From a virus, in the IMG/VR virus record IMGVR_UViG_3300010885_046411, positions 8,232 through 72,231 of that record: 64,000 bases of DNA. One strand, given 5' to 3'. A program made the translations under genes and the position numbers. Positions 29,201 through 38,309 of the stretch are shown in pieces. Numbering within the stretch: the first letter of the stretch is position 1; the number at the start of each line of letters is the position of its first letter. The notes under the pieces are model-generated. The model was given only the letters and a program-made list of their open reading frames with translations, ran no database searches and was not told the DNA's origin.

Positions 29201-32200
29201 TATGGACTACAGCCGCCGAAGAAAAGTTTGCTCGTGGATTTGAGAAGTACCTACTGGAAGGCAAAGCCCCAAATGATGCGCTTAAAAACGTATTTAAGAT
29301 GTTTGCCAAGTGGCTTACAAATATCTACCAGCACATTAAAGGCAGCAGCATAGACATAGAACTAACGCCAGAGATACGTCAGGTGTTTGACAACTTGCTT
29401 GCTGACCAATCCTCAACTACCGAATCTGCCCAACCTCTCACTACCCCCCAAAAGCCGAAACAAGAAGGCCCAATATTTGCAGACTTAGCAACTTTTGTTA
29501 AAACGCTATCCGAGGCAGACGCAAAAGAGTATGCACGATATGAAGACATAGCGTACAGGCTGGCTGCTATGCAAGGCAGAGAGCAGGGCTATAAACCGTA
29601 TGAGGTATCTAAGGCAGAGCGACAAGAGTACGCAGCCTTAGAACAAAAGTTTGACACTATGTTTGCTAATTTTGCAGCAGAGGTTTATAAAGAGGATGAA
29701 GAATCGGCAAAAGAAATAGACATTGCGGCGAAAAAATTAAACGGTATAATTAAAAATCTTAAATACCCAGAATCTATTAAGGAAATAATAAGAAAAAGAT
29801 TTGGATTAAATAGCAATGGCAACTATGTTTCTTCTATACCATTTGATACACTTGTAAAGTACAACGAGTTTTCCAGAACAACAAAATTTATAAAAGATAT
29901 TTTTGCTGAATTACTAAGAGAAAAATATGGAGAATTTTCTAAACAGTATTCACATGAACTAGATAAAATGTATAATCAAGTTAATTATTATATGCAAAGA
30001 TTGCTGGATTCTGAGGGAGATGGTAGTGCACTGGTTGATGAAATACCTGAAGTTTCAAAAATTGCTAATATAGAAATCCATATACAAGATTTGTTTAATG
30101 AATTAGATAAGTCGGCTTTGAATGTTGCTTCGGCAGAAGAAAAATCTGAACCCAAGGGCAAAAAAGAGAGCGGAATAAAAGAAAAAAATTACCAACTTCA
30201 GCATCGTATAACCAAAGATGAGACTTCATCTACTTTAGATGACCTTACTCAAGGGTCTTCACCTTCTGATATCTACACGAACATTGGACAATATGCAAAC
30301 CTTTCTGAGAAATCATATCAAGAGTCCGTTAAAGCCGTAAAAGCGGCCAAAGGCAATCCCGATGCTATTGTTACCATATACCGTAGCGTACCCAAAGGTG
30401 TATCTGCTATAAATGCTGGAGACTGGGTTTCGTTGTCAAAAACCTATGCTACCGAACATGGGTATCACGAAACAGACCAAAGCCAAGATATGCCTGTTAT
30501 ATCAATGCAGGTAAAAGCTAAAGATGTTGTTTGGGATGGCAATGACCTTAATGAGTTTGCTTACTTCCCAAATGACATAAGGTTTTCTGCAACAACTGAA
30601 ACCACAGCCGAAGAAAGCGGGGAATCCGAAAAGCCTAGCGGCCCCTTCAAAGACAGCCCCGCTATGTCCAAGGCCCAAGACGATAAAAAAGAAGCCGAGA
30701 CAGCCCTTGCCGAAGCACAGAAGCGTGGGCAAAAGTCTCTTATAGACAAGGCAAAAGAGGAACTAGCCAAGGCCCAACTGGCCTACGATACCGAGTTTGG
30801 GAAGTATGTAGAGGCTAAAACGCCTGAACTATACATTAACTTAACCCGCCTATTTGAGGAGGCTACCAACCGCAAACGCACCAAAGAGCAACTAGAGCGT
30901 GGCGAGGCAAACAAGTTCTTCGTTAAGGCTCTATTCTCAAAGCGGCCCGAAATCTCGGACATGAAGAAATTTGGGCTGCTAAATAAGCAATTAGCAGACC
31001 TAGATGCCCTATCTGAACATGCCATACAGACACGCACCAACTACGTCCGTGATTTGGTGGATGGGCTAACGGCCCCGCAGATACACCACATGGTACGCTA
31101 TATTATACTTAGCGACGTAGTGGGGGCATACGATGAGAAATATAGGGGTGCCGATGGGTTGCGTGAGAAACTATTGCCCTTGGCTCTGTCGGAGGCGCAG
31201 GCCCGTGAGCAGTTTGCCACGTATAAGGCATGGCTAGATGATAGCCCTATTGTTAAAGAGCGTGTAGAGTGGCGCAGGCAATACCTCAAGAACCTATACA
31301 ATGAAGCTGTAAAATACGGCCTAGCCACGTCTTTTATCACAGACATAAAAGATGAAAATGAGCAATACTATGAGTGGTTCCACCGTAGTATTATGAAGTA
31401 TGAAGATGGCGAGGGCGGCAAGGCTGGCAGAAAATATACCGAATCCTTAAATGCCACCCTAAAGCATAATGCCTTTAGGGAACGTGCTGGCTCGGATGCC
31501 GACTACGATATACGCCTTGGTACGATAGATGGCAATGTGGTGGCAGCCCTAACGTATGCGGTAGAACGCCGTAAGATAGCCATAGAAATGATGGCCCCGT
31601 ATGTCCAAAAGACTATGGATGTTAAGGAGGCACTAGAGAACTTCAAAAAAACTAGCTCGGCTTTCTTGAACTTGACGCTGCTGATAAATCATATTACTGC
31701 CAAAATAGCTGACATCAATAAAATAGGCAGCCAAAATAGCGCAAAGCAGTCTTTAATACGGGCCAAGCAAGTAGAACTTGTGAGGGATAACCCAGAGCAT
31801 ATTGCCCTATTAAAAGAAATGGCAACCCTGCGCAAGCAGTCTAAAGCCTACCAAGATGCTCTATCTCAATACGATAAAGCCCTAGCGCAAGCCCCGCTTG
31901 TAGAAAAGCGCAAGGCTGTATCGGAGGCAAAGAGGAAACTAACATCTCTTAAAAAGGCTGGAAATAAATACCAGTCCGAAAAACCCAAGTCTGGCATTGC
32001 AGTATATAGCAAGGAGGATGGCTCAAGGAAAGCCTATACCCCCCAATATGTTTTCGCTAAGATAGCCTACGAAGAAGCAGAAAATGAGTACGCTACAGCC
32101 CTTGGCAACTTCGGCCCTGCCAACGAGGCTGCCGTAGCCAAGGCTAAAGCATTGTCGGAGATTGAGGGCTACCAAGCCCTGATGAATAAAGATAAAGAGG

Positions 32201-34968
32201 TTGTAGATGCCATAAAGGCAAGCGATGAGTTTACGACCTTAACCAAGCGAGCCGAAGACCTTAAAAAGCAGCAGACCCGCAAACTAGAAAATGCTAGAGA
32301 TGCCTATGTGCGGGAGATGCAACGCCTTACCGACGACTACATGAGGGTTAATGCCCCCGAAGGCTATACCCTTGTGGATGCAGGCAAGAACCCCGTCTAT
32401 TCCCTAGAAAAGACCGACCCCTACGAGATAGACTCGCCCTTTGCGCAGATGGGGCTAGACCAGATAGCCGTGCCCGTAATTCGGGAGTTCACCATCAAAG
32501 ATGGCGATGCAGTCTATCTACCCAATGAGGTGAAGGCTTTATTTGACCGCATGAATAGAGTTGCCTCCGAGAAGCCAAGTAAGGCGATGGAGCAATTTTA
32601 CAAAGGCGTTAAATTCATTCGTAGGGCTTCGGCATGGAACTTACTCTTTAACCCTACCCGATTCTACAACTTCCTATCTCAAAACATCATAGAGAACTCA
32701 TCCCGTGCGATGGCTACAAACCTATGGGGTAACAATGTCTTTGCGATGGCTAGGGATGTGGGCAAGGAGGCCATTGCCTTTGCGAAGTTTATACGCACAC
32801 ATGAAGACCCTACGGGCAGGTATGCCAAGGCCCGTAAGGCGGGGGCTATAAATACAGACTTCGGGGCTAAGGTAATCGGCAATGCCCCATCTAATACCGA
32901 GGTTGAGATGCTAGATAGCAGCCGAGACCCGTATCTGGTATTCACATTTGGGGGCAAGGTATTTAACTTGCCACACGTAGAGCCGCTATCTATTAAGATA
33001 CCCTTTAAGAAATCGCCTATCCAAATTTCGCAGGGGTCTAGGACAGATAAATACATTGGCAAGAACACCGTCTTATTGGGGGTTGCCAAATACCTATGGC
33101 AGAAAGCAGGCGCACCGTTGTATGGGGCTACTGTAGCCATAAACTCATCTGTAGAGAACGGCTACCGCATGGCTACGATTGCCAAGTTAGAGGCTAAGGA
33201 GGGCGATATAAATAAGCCTCTTACGCAATACTATTCTTCTAATGCCAAGCAGATAAACTCCATCTTTGATGAGACCGTTAAGCGGGTGAAAGCCAGCGAC
33301 GAGTTTTATAAGACCCCAAAGGCAGGCGAAAAGCCGCCATACCCCGTAGATGCCAAGACAGGTAAATACCTTACCGATGGCGGGCGGGCGTTGCTACGCC
33401 GTGCTAGGGAGCAACAGATAGGGGCTATTGCTGCCGACATATACGGCAACTACTTAGAGACCCCCTACTTCATAGACCAAGGCGAGAAAATGGGGTTATT
33501 GATGTTTTCCCGCTACCAAGCCGTGAACGTCAAGACTACCATAAATGCCTTCCGAAACAACTTTATCATGCCTCGGCAACTGATGCCAGATGGAACCACC
33601 AATACCGCCTTCCCCGTAACGGCAGGTAAGTTGGCGGCTAAGTTTGGATGGCGCACTACGGGCAGGTTCTTGCATGTCTTTATGTGGTATCAGGCCGCAC
33701 AGTTATTAACGGCTGCGATACGGTACTGGCAGACAAAGGATGATGATGAGATGAAGAAAGCGTATGAAACGCTAGACAAAACCAACAAAAACCCGTTTGT
33801 AATTACCTCATTTGATAGGGCTACGCGCAAGGTAAAAAGCTACCAAGTACCCAATGCCGTTGGTGATTTAATGCGCTTGACACCCGTGTCCGACTTTATA
33901 TACTCTAGGTATCAAGACTATCTCTACTTCCGAGGGGATAAAGGCGAAACTATTACCGATATGATGGAGGAGAGCATGAAAAATACGGCTGATGCATGGT
34001 ATGGTATTGTATCGCCGACATTAAAGCAGATAAACTCTGTGCTTATAAATGCGATGGTGCAAGATAACCAAGATAGAAGTATGTCTCTGTTCCACTCTAA
34101 ATATATGCCCCCTGCCAAGCAAGGCATAGAAGGGGTTGGCCGTGCGGCGGCATCTGTACTAGCGGCCACACAAGAGTACGATATGTTTGCGCGGCTTTTT
34201 AAAAAATCCTTTGATGCCAACTATGTGCCTAGCCCCTACGAGGAGGATAAGGCCAGAGAATCGCCGCTCGTTTCCTACACAACCCTAAACGCCGCAGACC
34301 TTGACAAAAAACAAATGCAGATGGCATACGCGGTAGCATCTGCCTCTATAGGCAAGTATGGCAAAGCAGGGGAGCGTACCGAGTACGACGACCTGAAAGA
34401 GAAGGAGAAAGAAATATCTAAGGCGTGTGCCTATGCCCTCATAAACGAAGATGTGGCTCTATTTTCTAGGACATACCCCCTCTTATTTGAGGCGGCGGGT
34501 ACTGAAAAGAAAGCCGACAGAGCCATTCAATACGGCCTTAGCCTATATGACCCCTTCTCCATATACGATTCTAAGGATAAGGAGCTAAAACATAAGCGGT
34601 ATGCCATGATGTTTGGGGCCGCTATGGGCTTCACCTTGGGGCTACGTGATGCCATTGAGCCGTATAACCTAGACGAAGCCTATGCCGAGGAGGTAAAAAT
34701 TATAGAGCATAATGCTGTATATGCCGTAGATGAGGCCGCAAAGAAGAAAAAACTAGATGCTAAGTATTCAGTAGCCTACGACCTCAAAGAGAAAGATAGG
34801 CGTATTTTGGCGCAGGGGTATCTTGGATATTTGAACCAGAAACGCCAGAACTACTACAGCCTCCTGAAAAACAACGAAGGGCAGAAGTTCTCGGACAAAC
34901 TTGCCGATAGCGACGACCTTTACACTAGAGTGAGCAAATACTACAAGCAAACGCACCCCAACGAATAG
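23299..34968 (+). CDS. giant polyvalent ejection protein (3889 aa) with two zincin-like motifs and an ADP-ribosyltransferase-like domain
   Basis: Gly/Ala-rich N-terminal helices; AHEILGH...EEALA (about 26.0-26.2 kb); AHEIGGH...EEKFARGFEKYL (about 29.1-29.25 kb); TIYRSVP...GDWVSLS...NEF (about 30.37-30.56 kb). Confidence 0.8.
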   Translation: MNEPQVPNDGQPTAPSLQPVYEYLARDKGFKDIVPTYQDFVEAKDTEGMLLHISKVYDKDKTFATMLDKGVDAKTVAAERQRAEADNRIQQRESQVISRAKDIAQELSATVRPKKSGDVDYAGKATLGQLYDYFSGAGGDFQKNFPTEKDLHQITKTPEFRKTLKDAYTKDPNFKQLIDTGTYPDQRPSKRPQNEMQQMIFDVSQQQQDPNETKVSAGYNPIKIKAFGKQFEAPRMLSNLVASAAINLTRGVIGGISTFVGAAGQGMKAFRDMGNAATGQGEEGVEAGYLERKAQEVFEGGAKLANYGSEKGQQAFANSGVPLESGGVVTDPSAGAGTIAKSAAGYVAGQLTNSLPYIVPYLAGPAAGFATNVVQMSGDNTQNAYDKLKNKITQENGGIPATDEQVLESKQLNPIISVIAAVPEAAIERYFGEGFLVKNLTEAVAAKKLKQLVAEKGQAGLKEFAQKYLNKNFAKEFAVNLAKDVAGEEVQSGIEATQGSYQAGTPQTDAGGGADRKVYTETLAAAGALGVGLAAAPAIINSVKSKGPAPITEQTAASMAGAYTMPNAPKASPQKGAGVVDAINGILIDAEPSKSRSAAMKAVLEDAMEHDDVPITTQDLAGLSTTTEAGTDIVSRLRPDEEGNLTLVQDGEELRPLTKEESDEASTFATANLLIGVHAGSLTKAHARVLTDILDGAAIAQAKQSAVNDDGSPKNPLALAADNALTALKGIADKNVLDTESGKVKEGEVPQELQWQREALDNIGSMQAGDVFRAMDADMVFNGIDADGNVSITDNNGATLTLAPEQVAGLMTAQRATDADVAAQKEAVSAYGNIPASSPAYEPLRAMKDFTKSMRAAFPNLQVIADKGEMDAVINKKGIALKDGDTVYGFVHNGKVYLDPDKVTKDTPAHEILGHVHNKLMKEQMPDLYTKLTGLVGQTPLYQEVADDEFYKARIADGSMTADDIAEEALAQFIAKHYGNQQSPYVGTRWYEKLAEIIGKAWRKLFGKTKQLADLSPADIQTLTLESFGDLLNQEVKRGQSSIAQKGGKATNATDISLNLASGVVPQATNTQANENLPQTSNQEPANAGLRQSQTEASTQRAGVEQSPQNAYRREEAREALKQLSKDGVLVSSAKTGSTGKPMTEAEIDGQMALLDAMSNVWSKTTGKNNFYETFISDIKRGDIAYVKSLGGVLFQDESDPKRPTSTVSLAIFKEQQFEKMVGQNVSPQSIKDFIKGRGKQIERDIINEVLDYDKYQGQKRISFNEFKADVEIQVMKLEKIRTQSYATYGRENLGSSRDYGDAETVIFNSPINHGEKGHFSGDFDTSGLSDKEWEVRQIPGTDTYAAVDKAMPAGATQAEIQQYVGTAGTEADVKRWVERRNAALGTPINEGLFGHIRSWFNKATGVFHLAEAQSDYFQKNKASELLAASVPQDEVDEYMNREVWKPFHQKYAQEIKENTQIKSAFKDNAWEFYDKNGTIVNRKPLNRKPFIGYEEGEHEEANGLSIALSRLARTEVSVLERTRNTGMVFTVNVEPGNIERRQFEFKTREEAESFSLEYGRYISETKEYSDDLYDRYKKEKIALEIKEQEYINKRVEELKTQKPPLVLKQFVASQKVHELRLFREAIKHAAEEGATTLRFPSPYTIAVIEGYVSGGGNGAPYTIEQGDSDRLYAGDVIDYGGTRMTVVDSDRYSITVAPSDEVYNYDVYEYIYSEATKRIYQIEYEGKNHFADIENITAEDIASYEPDEWMGNVAKDLLQEAIDNAKDGETVAWRDIESELERMVRDSYSDESLEDLFFGYQAIYAYGNDYVYVVKGRGSVETLQQPDEYEAVSNADNYEENLSSEQKTVVSKYKEMGEAIVKMRPDASIVTDDNGFDWLETKITPADISNPVIAFQQEGAKIKGAVDFVSDNKATIHLFDGADVSTLAHEIGGHIGRRMLEKMAETSPKFAKDYETAKKWAGAKDGVWTTAAEEKFARGFEKYLLEGKAPNDALKNVFKMFAKWLTNIYQHIKGSSIDIELTPEIRQVFDNLLADQSSTTESAQPLTTPQKPKQEGPIFADLATFVKTLSEADAKEYARYEDIAYRLAAMQGREQGYKPYEVSKAERQEYAALEQKFDTMFANFAAEVYKEDEESAKEIDIAAKKLNGIIKNLKYPESIKEIIRKRFGLNSNGNYVSSIPFDTLVKYNEFSRTTKFIKDIFAELLREKYGEFSKQYSHELDKMYNQVNYYMQRLLDSEGDGSALVDEIPEVSKIANIEIHIQDLFNELDKSALNVASAEEKSEPKGKKESGIKEKNYQLQHRITKDETSSTLDDLTQGSSPSDIYTNIGQYANLSEKSYQESVKAVKAAKGNPDAIVTIYRSVPKGVSAINAGDWVSLSKTYATEHGYHETDQSQDMPVISMQVKAKDVVWDGNDLNEFAYFPNDIRFSATTETTAEESGESEKPSGPFKDSPAMSKAQDDKKEAETALAEAQKRGQKSLIDKAKEELAKAQLAYDTEFGKYVEAKTPELYINLTRLFEEATNRKRTKEQLERGEANKFFVKALFSKRPEISDMKKFGLLNKQLADLDALSEHAIQTRTNYVRDLVDGLTAPQIHHMVRYIILSDVVGAYDEKYRGADGLREKLLPLALSEAQAREQFATYKAWLDDSPIVKERVEWRRQYLKNLYNEAVKYGLATSFITDIKDENEQYYEWFHRSIMKYEDGEGGKAGRKYTESLNATLKHNAFRERAGSDADYDIRLGTIDGNVVAALTYAVERRKIAIEMMAPYVQKTMDVKEALENFKKTSSAFLNLTLLINHITAKIADINKIGSQNSAKQSLIRAKQVELVRDNPEHIALLKEMATLRKQSKAYQDALSQYDKALAQAPLVEKRKAVSEAKRKLTSLKKAGNKYQSEKPKSGIAVYSKEDGSRKAYTPQYVFAKIAYEEAENEYATALGNFGPANEAAVAKAKALSEIEGYQALMNKDKEVVDAIKASDEFTTLTKRAEDLKKQQTRKLENARDAYVREMQRLTDDYMRVNAPEGYTLVDAGKNPVYSLEKTDPYEIDSPFAQMGLDQIAVPVIREFTIKDGDAVYLPNEVKALFDRMNRVASEKPSKAMEQFYKGVKFIRRASAWNLLFNPTRFYNFLSQNIIENSSRAMATNLWGNNVFAMARDVGKEAIAFAKFIRTHEDPTGRYAKARKAGAINTDFGAKVIGNAPSNTEVEMLDSSRDPYLVFTFGGKVFNLPHVEPLSIKIPFKKSPIQISQGSRTDKYIGKNTVLLGVAKYLWQKAGAPLYGATVAINSSVENGYRMATIAKLEAKEGDINKPLTQYYSSNAKQINSIFDETVKRVKASDEFYKTPKAGEKPPYPVDAKTGKYLTDGGRALLRRAREQQIGAIAADIYGNYLETPYFIDQGEKMGLLMFSRYQAVNVKTTINAFRNNFIMPRQLMPDGTTNTAFPVTAGKLAAKFGWRTTGRFLHVFMWYQAAQLLTAAIRYWQTKDDDEMKKAYETLDKTNKNPFVITSFDRATRKVKSYQVPNAVGDLMRLTPVSDFIYSRYQDYLYFRGDKGETITDMMEESMKNTADAWYGIVSPTLKQINSVLINAMVQDNQDRSMSLFHSKYMPPAKQGIEGVGRAAASVLAATQEYDMFARLFKKSFDANYVPSPYEEDKARESPLVSYTTLNAADLDKKQMQMAYAVASASIGKYGKAGERTEYDDLKEKEKEISKACAYALINEDVALFSRTYPLLFEAAGTEKKADRAIQYGLSLYDPFSIYDSKDKELKHKRYAMMFGAAMGFTLGLRDAIEPYNLDEAYAEEVKIIEHNAVYAVDEAAKKKKLDAKYSVAYDLKEKDRRILAQGYLGYLNQKRQNYYSLLKNNEGQKFSDKLADSDDLYTRVSKYYKQTHPNE
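26519..26671 (+). CDS. nested +1-frame small ORF (50 aa) inside the giant gene
   Basis: MRIYPRPATKNQPMLDFGNRKQKHQLSEQELNSLHKMLTDEKKQGKPSNN; TATCTTTG at 26465-26472 and an A-rich leader; overlaps a linker-like part of the main frame. Confidence 0.45.
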   Translation: MRIYPRPATKNQPMLDFGNRKQKHQLSEQELNSLHKMLTDEKKQGKPSNN

Positions 34969-34969
34969 C

Positions 34970-37900
34970 ATGGCCAGCAGAAACCAGTCCACCCCCGAAC
35001 AGGCATTTGAGATAAACTCGGACATCTTCGCCCGTAGCTTAACGCTGCGGGATGCCTCTGGCACACGCCAATTCTTTCAGTCGGAAGGGCAAGGGGGCAT
35101 ACTCACTGCCCACTTTGGCACTAAGGAAGTTATCCTTACAGGGGATGTGCCCCAGCCTAATGAGACCTTTGTGTTTGGGGTATATGGTGTGCTATCTGAT
35201 GGTACAGAGATATACACAATGGCTATCAAGGGTAACGTGCCCCGCCTAGTTACTATCTCTGACGCGGGGGTATGCAAAACGGTCATGCAAGAGACTTTCT
35301 TGCCTTGGCAAGATACCTCCCAAGAGTTCTGGCAGGTGCGGTGGCATAGTGGCTACTTTATAGCCACGCATCCCGACAGTGAAGCTATACGCATAAACGT
35401 AGAATACTGGCTCAACAACCCCCGCCGACCACAAGAGTTTGCAGACATAACGCTTGCTAAATTTGGGCCTGCCTACCCGCCCATAATCACTTACCCACAA
35501 GACTTTTCATATAATGCCAACCAGAAACTACCTAAGATACCAAGGTACGGGGTGTACTTTGCTTGGCAGTATGAGTATGAGACGGGCGAGGTGTCCTCTA
35601 GGGGGGCACAGTCAGACCCTATATTTTTGGGCTTTCATGGGTTTGTGTGTCAGGCTGATATAGACAGCCGCGACAAGGCTCGTATATTCAACTCAGGGGC
35701 TATGACGCGCCGAGATGTTGTAGCAGTAAGGCTTCTGTACAAGCAGGGCATAGCGGGTGTTTGGCGCATTGCGTATAGGGTAACCATAGATGATGCGGCT
35801 ACGGCGTTGCCATCGTTTGTTCGGGATATTGAATACGATGCCTTGTTTGGCATATCCCCTACCGATGATACAATAGACCCTTCTGGCAACGTGCCTATAC
35901 AGCCAGCCGCTTTAGAGATGGTTAAAAACTCTATGGTGGCACTGAACTATATTGCAGACTACCCCCTGCCTAATGTAACGGGGAAGGTAGAACGATTGGC
36001 CGACCCAGAGGGTAATGGGCCAGGGATTGTAGATGCAACGGATGTTATTAACCTTTATGAGAATAATGCGTATATACCTACCTCCATTAATAATGAGTAT
36101 AACACTTTTACAACAAAGGTGCATAGGCCAGGGGCCACATATAAATGCGGCGTAATTTTATCTGATGAGTTTGGGCGCAGGACGACTACGCTTGCAGATA
36201 CAACCTTTATCCCGCCAGAATACACCATACAAAACAGTTTTGTAGAGCCTTATGTACAAAACGCTGCACCCTATATAACCAAGGGTGGTTTTGTAGATTA
36301 TGTAGATGGCAGTTGGAGAAACATACCTGCGGAGCAAGGGCTATACCCAAACCCTTATAAATTTTCGGGGTATGATTCTAGCCAGTGTTTTATTACACAA
36401 GCGACGTTCCCAAAGTTTAAGGGCACATTTGTATTTGACAAAATACCTTCATGGGCAAAACAAGTTAGGCTTGTTCAGACACAAGCACTAGGGCGCAATA
36501 GGTTTATACAGACACCTGCCACCATGCTGTTTCGCTATAAAACAGGCGATGGCACGGAGTTTATGTCTGTTGGCTTTGCGCGGGGTGGGGTTAATACCTT
36601 TATTGGCCTAACCTTTGTTATACCTATTGAGGCGGGCTATCAGGCTAGTGTTGGGCAAAAATTATATTTGCGTGCAGCCTCTCAGGCTACGCAAGACTCA
36701 ACAGAAACATTACGGGCTGCATTATGTGAAAAGATATTTAATGATGCCCCATCTTATGACGTTACCTCTGTAACGGGCACGCAAGTAACGTGCGCCCTTA
36801 CCGATGCCGAGGCTGCTTACTTGGGGGGGTGCGGCATTAGAACAAAAATAGAGCCTGCCGATTATGGAAACTTCCAGTGGATACGGGTGCTTGTAGAAAT
36901 TGAAGATGCCGTAACAAATACCACTACATCTAACGTAGATGCCTCAAATGTATATTACGAAACGGGGGATGTGTTGGATGTGGTAGATGGGCAACTGTCT
37001 TACACCTTTGATTTGAAGGGTGATTATTATGCTTACGGCACACCTTTTGCTTGGACGGGCGGCGGAAGCACGGCTAATTCTGATAGAAATAAGGGCACAA
37101 TATCTGCGGCGGCACAAGTCGTTCAACTAGATTCAGACCCTACGGATGCTGGCACATCTTCATCATCGGTAACGATAGGGAAATATGATTGCTTTGGACT
37201 ATTGTTATCTGAATCGCCCTTATCCAATACGCCTACTACGCATGACTTACTTGCAGGGTTTGTGTCCACAGTGTTTGATAAGCAGATTAAGACAGCACGC
37301 GCCTATCAAAGGTTTATCGCCTCTGGCACGTATATCTATGGCACGCAAACAAACTATATGAACTACTTTGACGTAAGCACTACGTCAGAAGTACCGTTAG
37401 AGCATGAGGGTATTACGTGCGCCTATGTAGCTGAAACGGGCAGCGAACTTCAAAGCAGGTTGCTTATTGTCAGCAGTCGCGGGGTATGCTCCGTGTATCT
37501 TGGCCCTATATCTGTCAAGAATGGGCAGAATGGGATAGAGGTAAATGGCAGCAGTTTCTTTTCCCAAATTAACCCCTTGGCGGGGCGGGGCGGCTGCCAG
37601 TTGCCGCACCTATCATGCACCGATAAAGAGGGCCATGTATGGTTCTTTGATAACATTGTTAAAGAGTTATGGCAGGCTGATACCTCTGGCTTAAACCCGA
37701 TAGGGCTTAGTCGCGGGTGTCGCAACTACCTAAACGCTAAGTTCCCCGATGGAGCCGATGGTGTTATGGTATTCTCCCCCCACTTTCGGGAGGTGTGGCT
37801 ATTCTCTACTAGGGGGGCATTGCTTCTGTCTCGGCGGGATGAGCCACGCTTCTGCTCTTTTACAGTGCCCGACTACAGCAATGGAGGCGAGAGTTTTAAA

Positions 37901-38305
37901 GGTGTCGCGGCTTTTAATGCACCGTTTACGGGCTTTGTGGCGCAAGGCAATCGGCTGTTTAAGATAGACCAGACGGGCGATGAAACGTTGCTAGGGCAGC
38001 CGTATGTTAAGTCGTGTGAGTATGAGGGCCGCACCCCGTTCCTAGATACCAAGATGGCTATGCCCATAAAAGCATCTGCGGTAGGATGGGACTTTACGGC
38101 GGCAACATTGCTAGATACCCCTCTTGGGGATGTGGCTGCCAATGTCTCTACCGACAAGCAAACGGGCAAATCCTCTGTTATCCTTAAAACACTAGATGGC
38201 AAAGATGCTAGAGACTACTACGGCCTACGTGTTAGGCTGGAGAGCAAAAAGGCAGGTAGCCGTCTGTTTTCTATTATCTTACATCAGGTAGTTAATCAAT
38301 CCTAA
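34970..38305 (+). CDS. tail stabilisation/muzzle protein (P22 gp10-like)
   Basis: 1111 aa, beta-rich; FAWQYEYExGExS and YKCGVILSDEFGR motifs typical of crAss muzzle proteins. Confidence 0.75.
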   Translation: MASRNQSTPEQAFEINSDIFARSLTLRDASGTRQFFQSEGQGGILTAHFGTKEVILTGDVPQPNETFVFGVYGVLSDGTEIYTMAIKGNVPRLVTISDAGVCKTVMQETFLPWQDTSQEFWQVRWHSGYFIATHPDSEAIRINVEYWLNNPRRPQEFADITLAKFGPAYPPIITYPQDFSYNANQKLPKIPRYGVYFAWQYEYETGEVSSRGAQSDPIFLGFHGFVCQADIDSRDKARIFNSGAMTRRDVVAVRLLYKQGIAGVWRIAYRVTIDDAATALPSFVRDIEYDALFGISPTDDTIDPSGNVPIQPAALEMVKNSMVALNYIADYPLPNVTGKVERLADPEGNGPGIVDATDVINLYENNAYIPTSINNEYNTFTTKVHRPGATYKCGVILSDEFGRRTTTLADTTFIPPEYTIQNSFVEPYVQNAAPYITKGGFVDYVDGSWRNIPAEQGLYPNPYKFSGYDSSQCFITQATFPKFKGTFVFDKIPSWAKQVRLVQTQALGRNRFIQTPATMLFRYKTGDGTEFMSVGFARGGVNTFIGLTFVIPIEAGYQASVGQKLYLRAASQATQDSTETLRAALCEKIFNDAPSYDVTSVTGTQVTCALTDAEAAYLGGCGIRTKIEPADYGNFQWIRVLVEIEDAVTNTTTSNVDASNVYYETGDVLDVVDGQLSYTFDLKGDYYAYGTPFAWTGGGSTANSDRNKGTISAAAQVVQLDSDPTDAGTSSSSVTIGKYDCFGLLLSESPLSNTPTTHDLLAGFVSTVFDKQIKTARAYQRFIASGTYIYGTQTNYMNYFDVSTTSEVPLEHEGITCAYVAETGSELQSRLLIVSSRGVCSVYLGPISVKNGQNGIEVNGSSFFSQINPLAGRGGCQLPHLSCTDKEGHVWFFDNIVKELWQADTSGLNPIGLSRGCRNYLNAKFPDGADGVMVFSPHFREVWLFSTRGALLLSRRDEPRFCSFTVPDYSNGGESFKGVAAFNAPFTGFVAQGNRLFKIDQTGDETLLGQPYVKSCEYEGRTPFLDTKMAMPIKASAVGWDFTAATLLDTPLGDVAANVSTDKQTGKSSVILKTLDGKDARDYYGLRVRLESKKAGSRLFSIILHQVVNQS

Positions 38306-38309
38306 AGCA

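Noticed and set aside
31489-31509. GSDADYD in the giant protein as an RNA polymerase DxDxD catalytic motif
   Set aside because: It lies in a helical, coiled-coil-rich region without the surrounding beta-barrel motifs and differs from DFDID/DFDGD; needs HHpred to exclude fully
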